From: Thalia democratica
Taxonomy: Eukaryota
Reading direction: 5' to 3'
NCBI GenBank assembly: GCA_965202585.1
Contig: OZ241828.1
Coordinates: 41,044,001-41,108,000, forward strand
DNA: 64,000 bases
The position numbers were made by a program, and so were the translations under genes. Shown here piece by piece: positions 1 through 10,504 of the stretch (its first letter is position 1; each line of letters begins with the position of its first letter). The notes under the pieces were generated by a model that did not search any database, was not told the origin of the DNA, and was given only the letters and a program-made list of their open reading frames with translations.

Positions 1-242
1 ACTTGTACTTAACTAAGTAATAATACTAAACTCATGAATTGTTTCCTTTTAACTTATCTTATTAAGGCTGTGTAGTAGAAACAGGCATTGATGTTTTTTT
101 TTGGATTAGCTCATGCACTTTTAGTAACTAAAAAAACTAAATCAATGACATGTAGTTTGTTTTGACAATTCGAAAAAGCCTATTTACTTATAATGAGTAT
201 ACTAATACTTAATGTACTTGCAAAAACTAGATGTGTTTTCTC

Positions 243-687
243 GGGGTACGGGTCTAAATTGCACGAAGACAAAATTGCACAAGGTTACTAAATTGCACGA
301 GGGAACGAAATTGCACTAAGACGATTTTGCACCAAGGGTCAATTTTGCACGAGTTACATTTTTGCACAAGAGTAAAAAGATACAAAAAAAATAAAACAAA
401 AAAAAGAATAAAAAGTTTAATAAAAAAAAGAGTAAAAAGTTACTGACCGAGGGCAAGGGTTAGGGGTAACAGTGATAGTAAAAAAAAGTTATTAAAAATA
501 ATAATAGTAAATAAAATTAATAAGAAAATATAGAATAAATAAATAAAATTTAACCTGTGCAAAATTGTCTGCTCGTGCAAGAGTATCTTCGTGCAATTTT
601 ATCCCCTCTGCAAAAGTATCTTCGTGCACTCGTGCAATTTTGTCCTCTCGTGCAATTTTGTACGTTCGTGCAATTTAGACAGCTACC
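243..687. mobile_element. Mutator-like (MULE) non-autonomous element / MITE with long subrepeated TIRs
   Basis: Long imperfect inverted arms built of aaattgcacg / cgtgcaattt subrepeats. 9-bp TSD tgttttctc at 234-242 and 688-696. Sits in the HSP70 last intron. Confidence 0.75.
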
Positions 688-765
688 TGTTTTCTCAAGC
701 TAAATTCGTTTCGGATATTTGATTATTTTGATTTCTTTTTAGTAACAAAAATTTATATTTTGTAG

Positions 766-815
766 GTGATACAGCTTCTCCTGTCGGAGGACCGACCATT
801 GAGGAAGTGGATTGA
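766..815 (+). CDS. hsp70: Terminal exon of a cytosolic HSP70 (rest of gene upstream of the window)
   Basis: After the acceptor ttttgtag the exon reads (G)DTASPVGGPTIEEVD-stop. GPTIEEVD is the canonical cytosolic Hsp70 C-terminus. Near-identical to 31790-31839. Confidence 0.9.
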
Positions 816-1548
816 TTCATCAGGAAGAGTTAATTTTTAATACGTATTGAGTTTTTTATATAAAATGCCCTGTTTAAAATAAACATTTATAAAAGACGGA
901 CAGTTAATTCAATATTTTACATGTGCAAAGATTTTACCTCAAACAATCAACATGCAAAATGATTAGTCTGTTAAGTTGTATTAGTATTTTTTGTAATATT
1001 AGCTCTATTATAATATAATAAAATCACATTATCATTTAGTCTTACTTTACATGTTAGTAGCTAATGTATGTAATTGATAAGTGCTAACTGTAAACATTTT
1101 TACAACTTCTATGAATTTAAGTAGTTATGGTTTTTTAGTTTTAATAACATAAGTTAATAATACGTTTTTTATAAAACGTAGTTCTTCGCTTTTATACTGA
1201 CTTAACTTTAAAATTAATTTCTAATTTAATGAAATTAGTTTAATTTTATTGAACAAAGTCACGATTATCAACGGAGAAAAGCTTCAAAATACATGTATTT
1301 TTATATATTGTATACGTAAAAGCTATTTGCCTTGGGATCTAAGTTTTTTGGTATATATATATTCTTGTATTCTGCCCTATCGCTAGTTGTCAATATTTAT
1401 GTAAGAACTAACAAACTACAAAGAGATTTTACCAAGTAAATTTTGTGTTTATTAAAGCATTCAAGTAAATTTGCTTTAATAAATTCAAACCCAAATGACT
1501 TAGGTTTTAAGGACTTAAGTTTTCTATGGGACCTAACAATGACCTAAT

Positions 1549-1912
1549 AAATTGTTTTTATTGGGTCTTTTATTAATGCAATCTTTATTTTGATATAGTA
1601 TTGTAAAGATTCTCATTAATCAGTTTGCAGGTTTATCTACCAAATTTTGGGTCTATTGTAGTTGTCTTTATATTCAACTAAACTTCATTAATAATTTTTT
1701 TTTTAATTTTTGTTGTCCACCTATAATCTTTTATAGCTCTATTACTCATATATTAAAGCTCTGTTATAAAACATATTTATCAAAGGCATTTAAATAGAAA
1801 ATTAGTCGTTGTAGCATTTTTTATTTATTAATTTCATCTAGCTTACTACTTTCGTTTACTCTCTATGGTTGCTTTTTAGGAAAGAAATAATGTACAAAAG
1901 TTTTGATACTCA
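1549..1912 (-). mobile_element. Degenerate 3' end of a Penelope-like element (GIY-YIG tail); segment X, also at ~10290-10410 and ~22090-22474
   Basis: Three near-identical copies in the window. Broken minus-strand translation (...TEL..RW..TCKL..CINKRIVLMSSSRQHTRYLLEK, the last part read from the longer copies) resembles the C-terminus of Penelope-type GIY-YIG ORFs. The repetition is certain; the family call is tentative. Confidence 0.45.
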
Positions 1913-2159
1913 ACATTGTGCATCAACAAACTTAAGGGGCTATGTAGCATAGTTGAACTGTAGCTCATTTTATTATATATCAATGTTCATATTACACATA
2001 AGTATTTATACTTATATCGTTTCAGATTTTTCATTGTAAATAAAGTATTTAAACCTAAGGAGTTTTTCATCGTGAAAAACCGTTTAAGCTTATAATGGTT
2101 ATAATAAAGTACCCAATTCATTGATGTAACTACAAGACGCTAAATTACCCATGTGGTAT

Positions 2160-3392
2160 ATTTTGCAGACTTCTTGACTTGCACAAAGTAGAATATGAGA
2201 AGAATTCTGGGTCATCAAAAGCTTTTATAATGCCAAATTTACCTCAGCTATTTAGGCCAAGAGTTGATCAGGGGATCAGCCAAGAAACATGGCTCGCCTT
2301 CATTCGCAGGTGGGAGGTATTCAAAACTTGGTCGAAATAAGCAGCCAAAATGCAAACATACAGCTTTTTCAATGCGCACATGACAAACTTGGCAATCTTA
2401 TGTTCGCAAATGATCCTAGGCTGATGGCTTAGTCAAAAGAATATGTAGCTAAACTGATGGTAGCAGTCATAAAAGTTGCAATTGGGGTCAAAAGGGCAGG
2501 ACTTATGAACTTGCATCAAGAGCGCGATGAACCATTTAGGACATTTGCAACCCGTGTTCGCAGCAAAGCAGAAACTTGTAATTTTAAAACAGTCAGTAAG
2601 TATAAATGTGGATAGAAAAATGTGACAAGTTATAAGGAAGAAGTAATAAAAGACCTGATGCTTGAAGGTATAGGTGACGATTAAATTAGAAGAGAAGTTC
2701 TCAGCACTGAAGATACCTTGTCTAGGTCATCGTACCATATAATTTCTTTTATTGAAAGCAAGCAATAGAGAACTCACGTATAGTATCAGCCTTCCTTCCA
2801 ACGTCAGAAAAATAAAAAACATCAATGTAGGAGATAAGTCTCATTACATCCCTTGTCAGCGCTGTAAAAAGTTGTTCTATCCATTCAAAGAAAAAGCAAC
2901 TAGAAATGTAAAACCTTTCAAATTTTGCTTATCTTGTTGGCGCAACCAGTCAAAGAAGGTTACTGCTGTTCAAACTCATGATTGTAGTGCTATTTATTGT
3001 CAAAGAAGGTTATAGTTCCTGCTTTATGCAACAGGATACCCAGATAATGTTATTACAACACGCTAATAAGGGAATTATGTTGAACAATATTATATTTTAC
3101 AGGAAAAAATTGCGTTAAGTCAAAGCCTTAAACCATCCACGTGCATCAATTAAAGTTACTAAATACAGCACAGATAAGTTTATTAATGTTAATGCCTTAG
3201 CTGATACTGGTGCACAGTCGAGTTTTTGGGGATGGAAAGACTTTAAAGATACTGATTTTGGTAAGAATGATTTACTTCCTGTATCAATCACTTCATGATG
3301 CTAATAAAATTCTTGTAAATATTTTAGGCGCTTTTAAAGCTACTTTAAGTGGAACGTGTCTAAAGAATAAGGAAATCAGCTGCAATAGTCTT
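2160..3392 (+). mobile_element. Ty3/Gypsy LTR-retrotransposon remnant: gag and aspartic protease, with stops and frameshifts
   Basis: Gag-like QERDEPFRTFATRVRSKAETCNF...EEVIKDLMLEGIGDD*IRREVL at ~2515-2700. Protease motif ALADTGAQS at ~3196-3222. Cut at 3392 by a hAT insertion. Confidence 0.8.
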
Positions 3393-5255
3393 TAGTGATC
3401 TACCGGATCCAAGATCCGGATCTGCCCAGAAACAGCCATTTTTGCCTGGACCTAGAACCGGCCGGATTCTAATTTAAAAAAAAGTTTGGAATCGGATCCT
3501 TGTTGAGATTTGGCCGGTTCCGGATCAAGTCAGTTTGAAATACTTTTTTTTCCGCGATCAGTTTTATTGCTTATACTATTGTGTTTGGAATAATTATTAT
3601 ATATAAAATTAGTCAAGCAAAGCAGATTAATTTAGTAATTCAATTATTTGTTGTAAACATACAGGTACATACATCCATTATAGTAAAAATAGTGAATTAG
3701 TTGAGTAGTTAATTAATAAAAAGTTAATTTAAAGTTTCTTGCAGATTTAATTCTTCTATTATTGAGTTCTATTTATAAACTTAAAATATTTTATTTTGTT
3801 AATATAAAACATGTATTTAAATTTTGATGTGTTTCAATTTGTTAAAAGTCTTAACATTTTTAGTTTAACTATTTTATTCTCATTTGATTATATTAAATAA
3901 TGTAAAAACTCTACATGTACAGCTCATTTAATACTTGGTTACTGAAACTTTAAGAAGCAGCAGTAGTTCAACAAAATTTTCTGCGAGACAATTTATTTAA
4001 CATGAAGGCTGGTATGTTGTTCTTAAAATCATCTTCAGCACTTTGTTTCATTCATACGCTTCAACTGATAATTAAAGATTCACTCGTTTCAGAAAATAAC
4101 ATAAGTGTGTTAATAGCGAAGGCCCGTCAAACTGTTTGCCACTTTAATAATTCTTCTACAGCGAGCGAGAAACTAAAAAAACCCAGGTCACTTTTGGTTC
4201 ATCAGTGTCAATGCAAAAAGCCTTGCTACTTGTGCATGATTTTGAAACAAGGTGGAACTCAACCTACCTTTTATTCTGAAAATACTAGAATTATTTAAAA
4301 CAAGTTTCCAGAGAACTACGTGGCTAACAACAAATTTAACCCAAAAATTTTTTTTTCACCTGATGAATGGAAACTAACTTAGTAGCCTCCTTAATGAGCT
4401 GCTCGAACCATTTTACATAGTAACGCAGCAGTGTAGTAAAAACAACGCATTGCTGTCAAGTGTAATCCCGCATGTAGCAATACTAAAAAAATATTTTGTT
4501 CATAAAGTTTATAGTCCACCAGGTCAATGTAGTTCTTCAACCTTAGCAGAAAATATAAAAGAGGCTTTTGAAAGAAGGTTTTAAACTACTAATAACAGCA
4601 AACGAATAAACCTTCATCTTAACAACTTGTTTTTACTCACAACAGCTGTTTATCCACGGTATCGACTTAAATTTTTCCATACTAAACTCAAACAGAAGGT
4701 TGTTAAGGCTACTGAAATCAGAAGTAAAAAATCATAGTTGTTGTGAGACTGGTCAAAGTGGTCAAATTCCTCTAGTACCGCCTAATAAACCTAAAGCTAA
4801 ACTACCTAAAAATGATATTCCCAAAAACTTTTTGTCGTTCTATTCTACATTTAAATATAAAACAAGTGCAAACACTCACGAAAGTGAGCAAGAAGATTCA
4901 GTTGATCAATAGATTGAGACAGAAATTAAGTTTTTTTTTGCTGAAAAAAAATTATCTGCTGGAAAAGTTAAAGAAGCTGAAGTCTTGTCTTGGTGGAACT
5001 CAAACAAGAAAAATACACACATCTTGCCAGGTTTGCGAAAAGGTATCTTTCGGCACTACCATCTTCTGTTTAATCTTAAAGGTTATTTTCAGAAGCTGGT
5101 AACTTGTACGAACAAAAGCGAAATCAAATGCTTCCAAAAACTGGCGAAAAACATTTATATCTTCATAACAACTTGAAAAGACAAGAGTAGGTTTCTTTGT
5201 AGCTTAATAGCGTTGATATGAGTAAATGTTATTTACTAGATTAGATAAGGTTTTA
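3393..5255 (+). mobile_element. hAT (ZBED1/ZBED4-like) DNA transposon, internally deleted, right end lost (copy A)
   Basis: Left TIR tagtgatctaccggatcc with ccggatcc subterminal repeats. Transposase remnants include PCFIHTLQL-like, HDFETRWNSTYL and the hAT dimerisation region WWNS...SEAGNLYEQKRNQMLPKTGEK. Many frameshifts. Confidence 0.85.
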
Positions 5256-5529
5256 GAAATTTTGTATACATAATATTATGCAAATGAGGTAAAGTATAAA
5301 TACAGCATTTAATTAATATTATCTGAACCTATCCCTAACCAATTTTACCCAAAAATTTTGATTTGTACCCTTTTCAAAACATATAACAAATAAATTAAAA
5401 GAATATATATATTTAAAACTTAAAACAAAGCTATGTAAAATTTTAGCCAATCAGAAGCGCCGAGAATTTGCAGCTGATAGGATGAGCGTCGCTCTGATTC
5501 TAAATTAGACATTTGTTACTAACTAAAAG

Positions 5530-5775
5530 AGATCGGTATTCCCAGACTTTCAGGGTTAGCGTTTCTGAACTCTTTAATCATCTTGTATAAAACGTCTCTT
5601 CTTTAATCTTTCCTCTGCATTATCAAACTGCTGGTTTGGAGAACAAGTCAAACTTGTTTGAAAATAATAAACTATTCCGCAGCTGACGTCCATATATCGT
5701 TCTAGCTGGTGACTTAATAATCTTTTTTTGAGTGTTTTTCAGATGAAGCATCTCACCTAAAAACATACCGATATT
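5530..5775 (-). mobile_element. Ty3/Gypsy integrase C-terminal remnant, inverted relative to gag-pro
   Basis: Minus strand reads MLHLKNTQKKIIKSPARTIYGRQLRNSLLFSNKFDLFS...KIKEETFYTR, matching the gypsy integrase tail pattern MLQYRNTP..SPA..YGRQLRD. Confidence 0.6.
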
Positions 5776-7814
5776 GTAACTACAACAAAGTTGTTGTCTT
5801 ATCTTTGATCTATTGTCTCATGTTTGACTTAGTTTTTCGTCTTTGAACTAATGACTTAATTTTGGTTTGAAGTCTTAACGTAGAATCAAATACATAGTGA
5901 TTTGGTTGAATAAGATAGCTCATGAAGAATAAATTCTTATTTAATTTCATATAGACTATTTATAAACAATAAACGATCTGTAAAGATAATAGATAAAGGA
6001 ATATGATAAAATGAGCTACATAACCCTACAGTTACAGTGTGTTGATGCTGAGCATCTAATTATATTTGAAATTTTAAAGTAAAAACATAAATTATTAAGA
6101 CAAAAATTATAGTTATGAAAGTTATTTGTATATACCTAAAACGTTTTACTTTTAAAGTAAACAACAAAGTTTGATTAAAGATTATAAAAATTATGTACAA
6201 AAATTTTTAAAGAATACAAAGCTTTGAATTTTTTTTAAAGTTGAAATTAAACAACACTGTTGAAAACCAGGTGTTAACTTTTGTAAAGTATTTAAATTTT
6301 TTTACAAATAGTATATGTTATATTTTTGCAGAGATAAATCAATGTAATGCCGTTTATTTTTATAGAAAACAAATTTTTATGTACTTTTTTTTAAAACTTA
6401 TGTTTTTCTTGAATACTATATACAAGCTTATACAATATTTAAGTAACACAACATTATGGTTTTATCAAAGAAACTAAAGTTTGCATTAGTTGTATGATTT
6501 TAATTGGTTTTTATTGATTATAATTGATGCACTTTAGTCAATTGGTTTGAGTCTCCAAAGAAATCTCAATTTTAACCAATTTCAGCAGAAAGACCAACGA
6601 GCAGGCAGTTGTAAAGTTTAAATATATGTAATTTTATTTTTACTTAAAGTTAAGAAAGTAACATATTTTTAAACTTTACAAAAGGTGCATCCGACATAGC
6701 TAAAAGTTAGCTATGAAGCTTTCCATATAAAGAGTTGCAGCTAATGTTTATTAACAACACTGTTTACAATCTAATTAAAATTTAATTGATAAAAATAGGC
6801 TGCAACTCTTTGGAAACATAGTTTCTTTTTAACAAAATAAACATTTCATTTAATTAAATATAACGACTTAAAAAAACTTAAGAAATGTTAGTAATTAAAC
6901 GTCCTTGATGCAAAATTTACAGTAATAAAAATGTAAAGAAGCTAAATAAGTACTTTTTTAAGCCATATTAAAGGTAGTTGTCTAGTTTAGTTCAAGAATA
7001 TTAATAAAAAGTGGTATTTAAACTATTAACTATTTAAGTTTCAAAACATACACAGCAAAAAAAAAGAACTCTAGACAAAGAAAAGGAACTTTAAGTAAAA
7101 TCTCAAGAACAACATTTCAATTTAATTATTAAAATAAAAGTTTGTTGCTTGTTTACAGAAAAAAATATTTATAGAATTATGTTACAAATAATAAACATTT
7201 ATTTAGTTATATTATAATAACAGATTATTTCAAAACTGACATTATCTTTAAAAAAAAAAGCAAAAAATAGTTAGTTAAATGTTAGATAGTAAATAAGAAT
7301 CAAAGTCTATTATATGATTAACAAAAATTAAATTGATTCTATAAATTATAAAATAATAGTATAAGTCAAACAAAATCACTAAATTAATAATTAAAATAAT
7401 TTATTTTTGAATAAAGTTAACTAACATTTTAAAACTAATAACTTAAGCAAACTATCTATAAATGTAAGAAAATTACACACTAGAGCTTTTAGATATATGC
7501 AAGATACAAAAAATATGTTCTAAGTTATCAAAAGAAAACAAATTGAAAGCAGATCCATGAGTATAAGTTATATTTTAAGCTAGCTAGAAGTATTTTGTTT
7601 TTTAAAATTACAACTTCAAAAAAAAGACTATTTTAGTACAATCACATGAAAAAAACGTTGTGTTATTGACTAAAATACATCAAAGTGAGAAAAACGTACT
7701 GAAAAGTTTATTTTAAAGTTTTAATACGTATAGTTATAAAATTAAGTACTACTGAAGAGAGTTAAATAAAATAAGAGTGATGTAAACTAACTTGGAGCTT
7801 TTTACGATAAACAC

Positions 7815-8684
7815 TTATAATCGTTTTCTAACTCTTTTAACCTGGGTGTTGTTGCATATTCGATTGCTCTCTCTTAACTTTTTTTTGTTTGTTTTCAACT
7901 GAAAGCTTTTGCTGACCTGGTTTTGTATTACGTTTCGGTTGGTAGTAAATCTCTTTAACCCAACCTTGCATGCAACGTAATCTTTAAAGCTGTTTTTGTG
8001 GTTTTTTGAACAAGGTGTTTTACGGCCGACTACGAATAGTGGCTTTGAAGAAACTTCCTTTCGAACAACTGTGCTTGTCTGACTTCTTACACATCGGTAG
8101 CTTCTCAATCTTTTCAACGCAGCCTTGTAATCTTTAAAAACAGTTTTCGATTTGTTTAAACCATAATCTTTTTGACCGACTACAAATAGTGGCTTCGAAA
8201 AAACTTTTCGAACTTCGCGTTTGTTTTCACCACAACTGTAATGAGGTCCGCACACTTCAACCATTTCTTTAACCTTTAGCATTCTTACTTGTTTTTCTTT
8301 TATACCAATCCAAGGATCAGAAACGTCAACTAGTGTGACCGAAACGTCATCATCAGCATTTTGGCTTTGAACATTACTTTTGTTTTCTGCAGCATTTTCT
8401 TTGATTGTGGTTGTTTGAACACTGGACGGGAAAGATACTTTCCACTCATGTCGTCTTTCTAACTCATTCGGCTGGTCTTCCTCGTTTGCATCATCGAGTG
8501 TAGGACTATCGAAATTGAATCTTGTAAATTTCAAAACTAGCCTTTTACGTTTAGCTTGATCTTTATCTATATGAACTTTAGTTCTTTTGTTGCCTCTTTC
8601 ACATTTTCTAGGTTTTGCTTGTGTCTCATCTGTACGTTTTAGCATTTCACCCGAAAAAATCATAGAATTTTGAATAGAAAACAT
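7815..8684 (-). CDS. Uncharacterised, highly basic 289-aa protein with an internal tandem repeat (single coding exon)
   Basis: Uninterrupted 870-nt ORF in DNA of very low GC. First ATG at 8684; the ORF-track start at 8717 is TTG. Two copies of S-K-P-L-F-V-V-G-x-K...F-K-D-Y-x-A...L-K-R. NLS-like KRKR and KRVRKRL. Paralog at 15389-16257. No family recognised. Confidence 0.6.
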   Translation of the reverse strand: MFSIQNSMIFSGEMLKRTDETQAKPRKCERGNKRTKVHIDKDQAKRKRLVLKFTRFNFDSPTLDDANEEDQPNELERRHEWKVSFPSSVQTTTIKENAAENKSNVQSQNADDDVSVTLVDVSDPWIGIKEKQVRMLKVKEMVEVCGPHYSCGENKREVRKVFSKPLFVVGQKDYGLNKSKTVFKDYKAALKRLRSYRCVRSQTSTVVRKEVSSKPLFVVGRKTPCSKNHKNSFKDYVACKVGLKRFTTNRNVIQNQVSKSFQLKTNKKKLRESNRICNNTQVKRVRKRL

Positions 8685-8787
8685 GGTATCACTGTGATAG
8701 GTTGCAAAATTATACAAGTATAAAATACAAACTACTTATGATTTTGTACTTTTAATTAAAAATGAATTTTTAACATAACTATTCGAC

Positions 8788-8795
8788 TGACGTCA
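8788..8795. promoter_or_regulatory. Perfect CRE/ATF palindrome TGACGTCA about 100 bp upstream of the orphan ORF
   Basis: Sequence match, retained in the duplicate at 16361-16368. Function not shown. Confidence 0.4.
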
Positions 8796-10410
8796 CAAAC
8801 AAACTTACTAGATAGCTCTAAATGCATAGTTACAGTATTGCTAAAATTAATACTTTTGTATGATAAACTAATGCAACTTTGCAAGTCATCGCTTTAAAAC
8901 GTTTGTTCCAAAATAAGGGAATATTTCAGATATTTTTCTTGACTTAACAACTTCAACGTTTAATTGTTTCTTTATTCTATGTTCTTAAAGCATATTTTAT
9001 ATAGCATTGTATAGCTGAATTATTCAGCTTGAAAACCTTGTTATTTTTTTGAGTCAAAGTTGATTGGGTTGGTGCTAGAATCAATAGAAAAAGTGGGATA
9101 TTTTGGATCTTTCTTAGTTAATTTCACATATCTCAAAGTTTACATACTAAATTTGATAAACATTTTGTAAATATAGTTGAAGTTACAAACTCTACTGTAT
9201 AACGTTCCAATAAATTAAAGAAACTTATGCTTTTTCGGAATGCTGTTAATTTTAACCTTTTCAATTTTTGTCTTTGATTAGGGTATTTTTGCTGGTTTAT
9301 AAAGTATAAAATTAATTAAGAAACACTAAACAAATAATACTTTTTGTTAGACAAATACAACTAAAGAAATGCTTTTAAAAGTAAATTGAATTTTTTTTTG
9401 AATATACTACCAAAACTAAAAAAAAAATATCTAAAACTATTTTCAGTTTCTGTTTCATGTCTACTCAAAAAAGAATAGTTTTATTATCTAAAAAAATTTC
9501 AAATGGTTAATAAAATGCTCTTATTTGCTTAGTTTTTTTAAAATATTTTTAAAGTAGAATATTTTTTGAACATGCTAAAAAACCCTAGTTAAAGACAAAA
9601 ACTAAAAATATAAATTTGAGATATGATTCATAAACATTTTTTATTTAGCAAACAAACAAAATCGACTTCAACTAACAGTTATCAATTACTTTTGTTAGCC
9701 ACTAATTTTAAAATTAAGTTCTGAGTATGTAAACAGTTAGAGGTTTCATCAGAAAATATTCAATTAATACCAATTAACATAATTAAGAAAAATTAATTAG
9801 AGATAGATTAATAGTTTATAATTACATAATTATAAATAAATTACTTAGTAATTTAACTAAGATAAGCAAATGTATAAATATAAAAGTAAAACAAACAATA
9901 AACATAATAAAATAAGCGACAAACAACAATCATAACTATTTATAAAGATTAGATTTATAAACGTACTTTTGCTTGCACAAATAGGTTTAAATGTTTTTAT
10001 AATAATAATGTTAGAAAATAAAGATAATAAAAATTTATATGTTTTTTTTTTTGAGATACGTAGACAAACTAAAAAGAGCCAAAACGTTCCACTTTTTCTA
10101 TGTGATGTAACAATGACCCAATGAATTGTTGTATATTAATATTTTTAAAAGGTTTTTAATTAAAATGAAAAATATTTACACAATTACCAAAAAAAATACA
10201 AAGTATAGTTTTATATAAAAAGTGTAACACAAATAAAATTAATGTGAAAAATATTCTTTTTACTGGAATACTCTAGGATAGTATTTTAGGCTTTTTCTAG
10301 TAAATATCTTGTATGTTGTCGGCTTGAGCTCATCAATACAATTCTTTTATTAATGCAATCTTTATTTTGATATAGTATTGTTAAGGTTCCCATTAATCAG
10401 TTTGCAGGTA

Positions 10411-10504
10411 TGCTAATAAAATTCCTGTAATTATTTTAGGCGCTTTTATAGCTACTTTAAGTGTAACGTGACTAAAGAATAATGAAATCAGCTGCAATAA
10501 TGTT
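10411..10504 (+). mobile_element. Gypsy protease fragment (duplicate of ~3298-3392)
   Basis: atgctaataaaattcc...aaatcagctgcaata matches 3298-3388. Fused directly to segment X, i.e. about 1.65 kb is deleted relative to unit 1. Confidence 0.75.

Larger units (their letters stand above)
1..1510 (+). repeat. Recent direct segmental duplication, copy 1 (HSP70 last intron, last exon and 3' flank)
   Basis: Aligns almost base for base with 31044-32540, including the embedded MITE. Similarity ends after taggttttaa in both copies. Confidence 0.95.
5787..10340 (+). repeat. Segment Y, copy 1 of an older tandem duplication
   Basis: Collinear with 13086-22130 once four insertions specific to copy 2 are removed. 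Both copies start at aaagttgttgtcttatc. Visibly more diverged than the HSP70 duplication. Confidence 0.9.

Noticed and set aside
450-475. Telomeric-like gggttagggg
   Set aside because: A single unit within the MITE core, not a tandem telomere array.
243-687. CRISPR-like array in the aaattgcacg repeats (also 31285, 57288)
   Set aside because: The repeats are short, irregularly spaced and mirrored as inverted arms with 9-bp TSDs; eukaryotic MITE, no cas genes.
2752-3015. 87-aa ORF with CxxC...CxxC
   Set aside because: Lies in the gypsy gag C-terminal region between gag core and protease; not a separate gene.
6714-6750. SECIS element (ATGAA...AAAA...)
   Set aside because: No 3' GA quartet partner and no nearby selenoprotein ORF.
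6020-6820. Telomerase RNA (TAACCCTA at ~6026 plus downstream hairpins and ACA)
   Set aside because: An 8-nt match is expected by chance at this composition, the ACA after the last hairpin is not kept in copy 2, and I saw no pseudoknot. The hairpins are reported separately.
10315-10345. Hammerhead-like tgatgagctcaagccgac on the minus strand (also ~22105-22130)
   Set aside because: No GAAA box; it simply encodes LMSSSRQH of the Penelope-like ORF tail.
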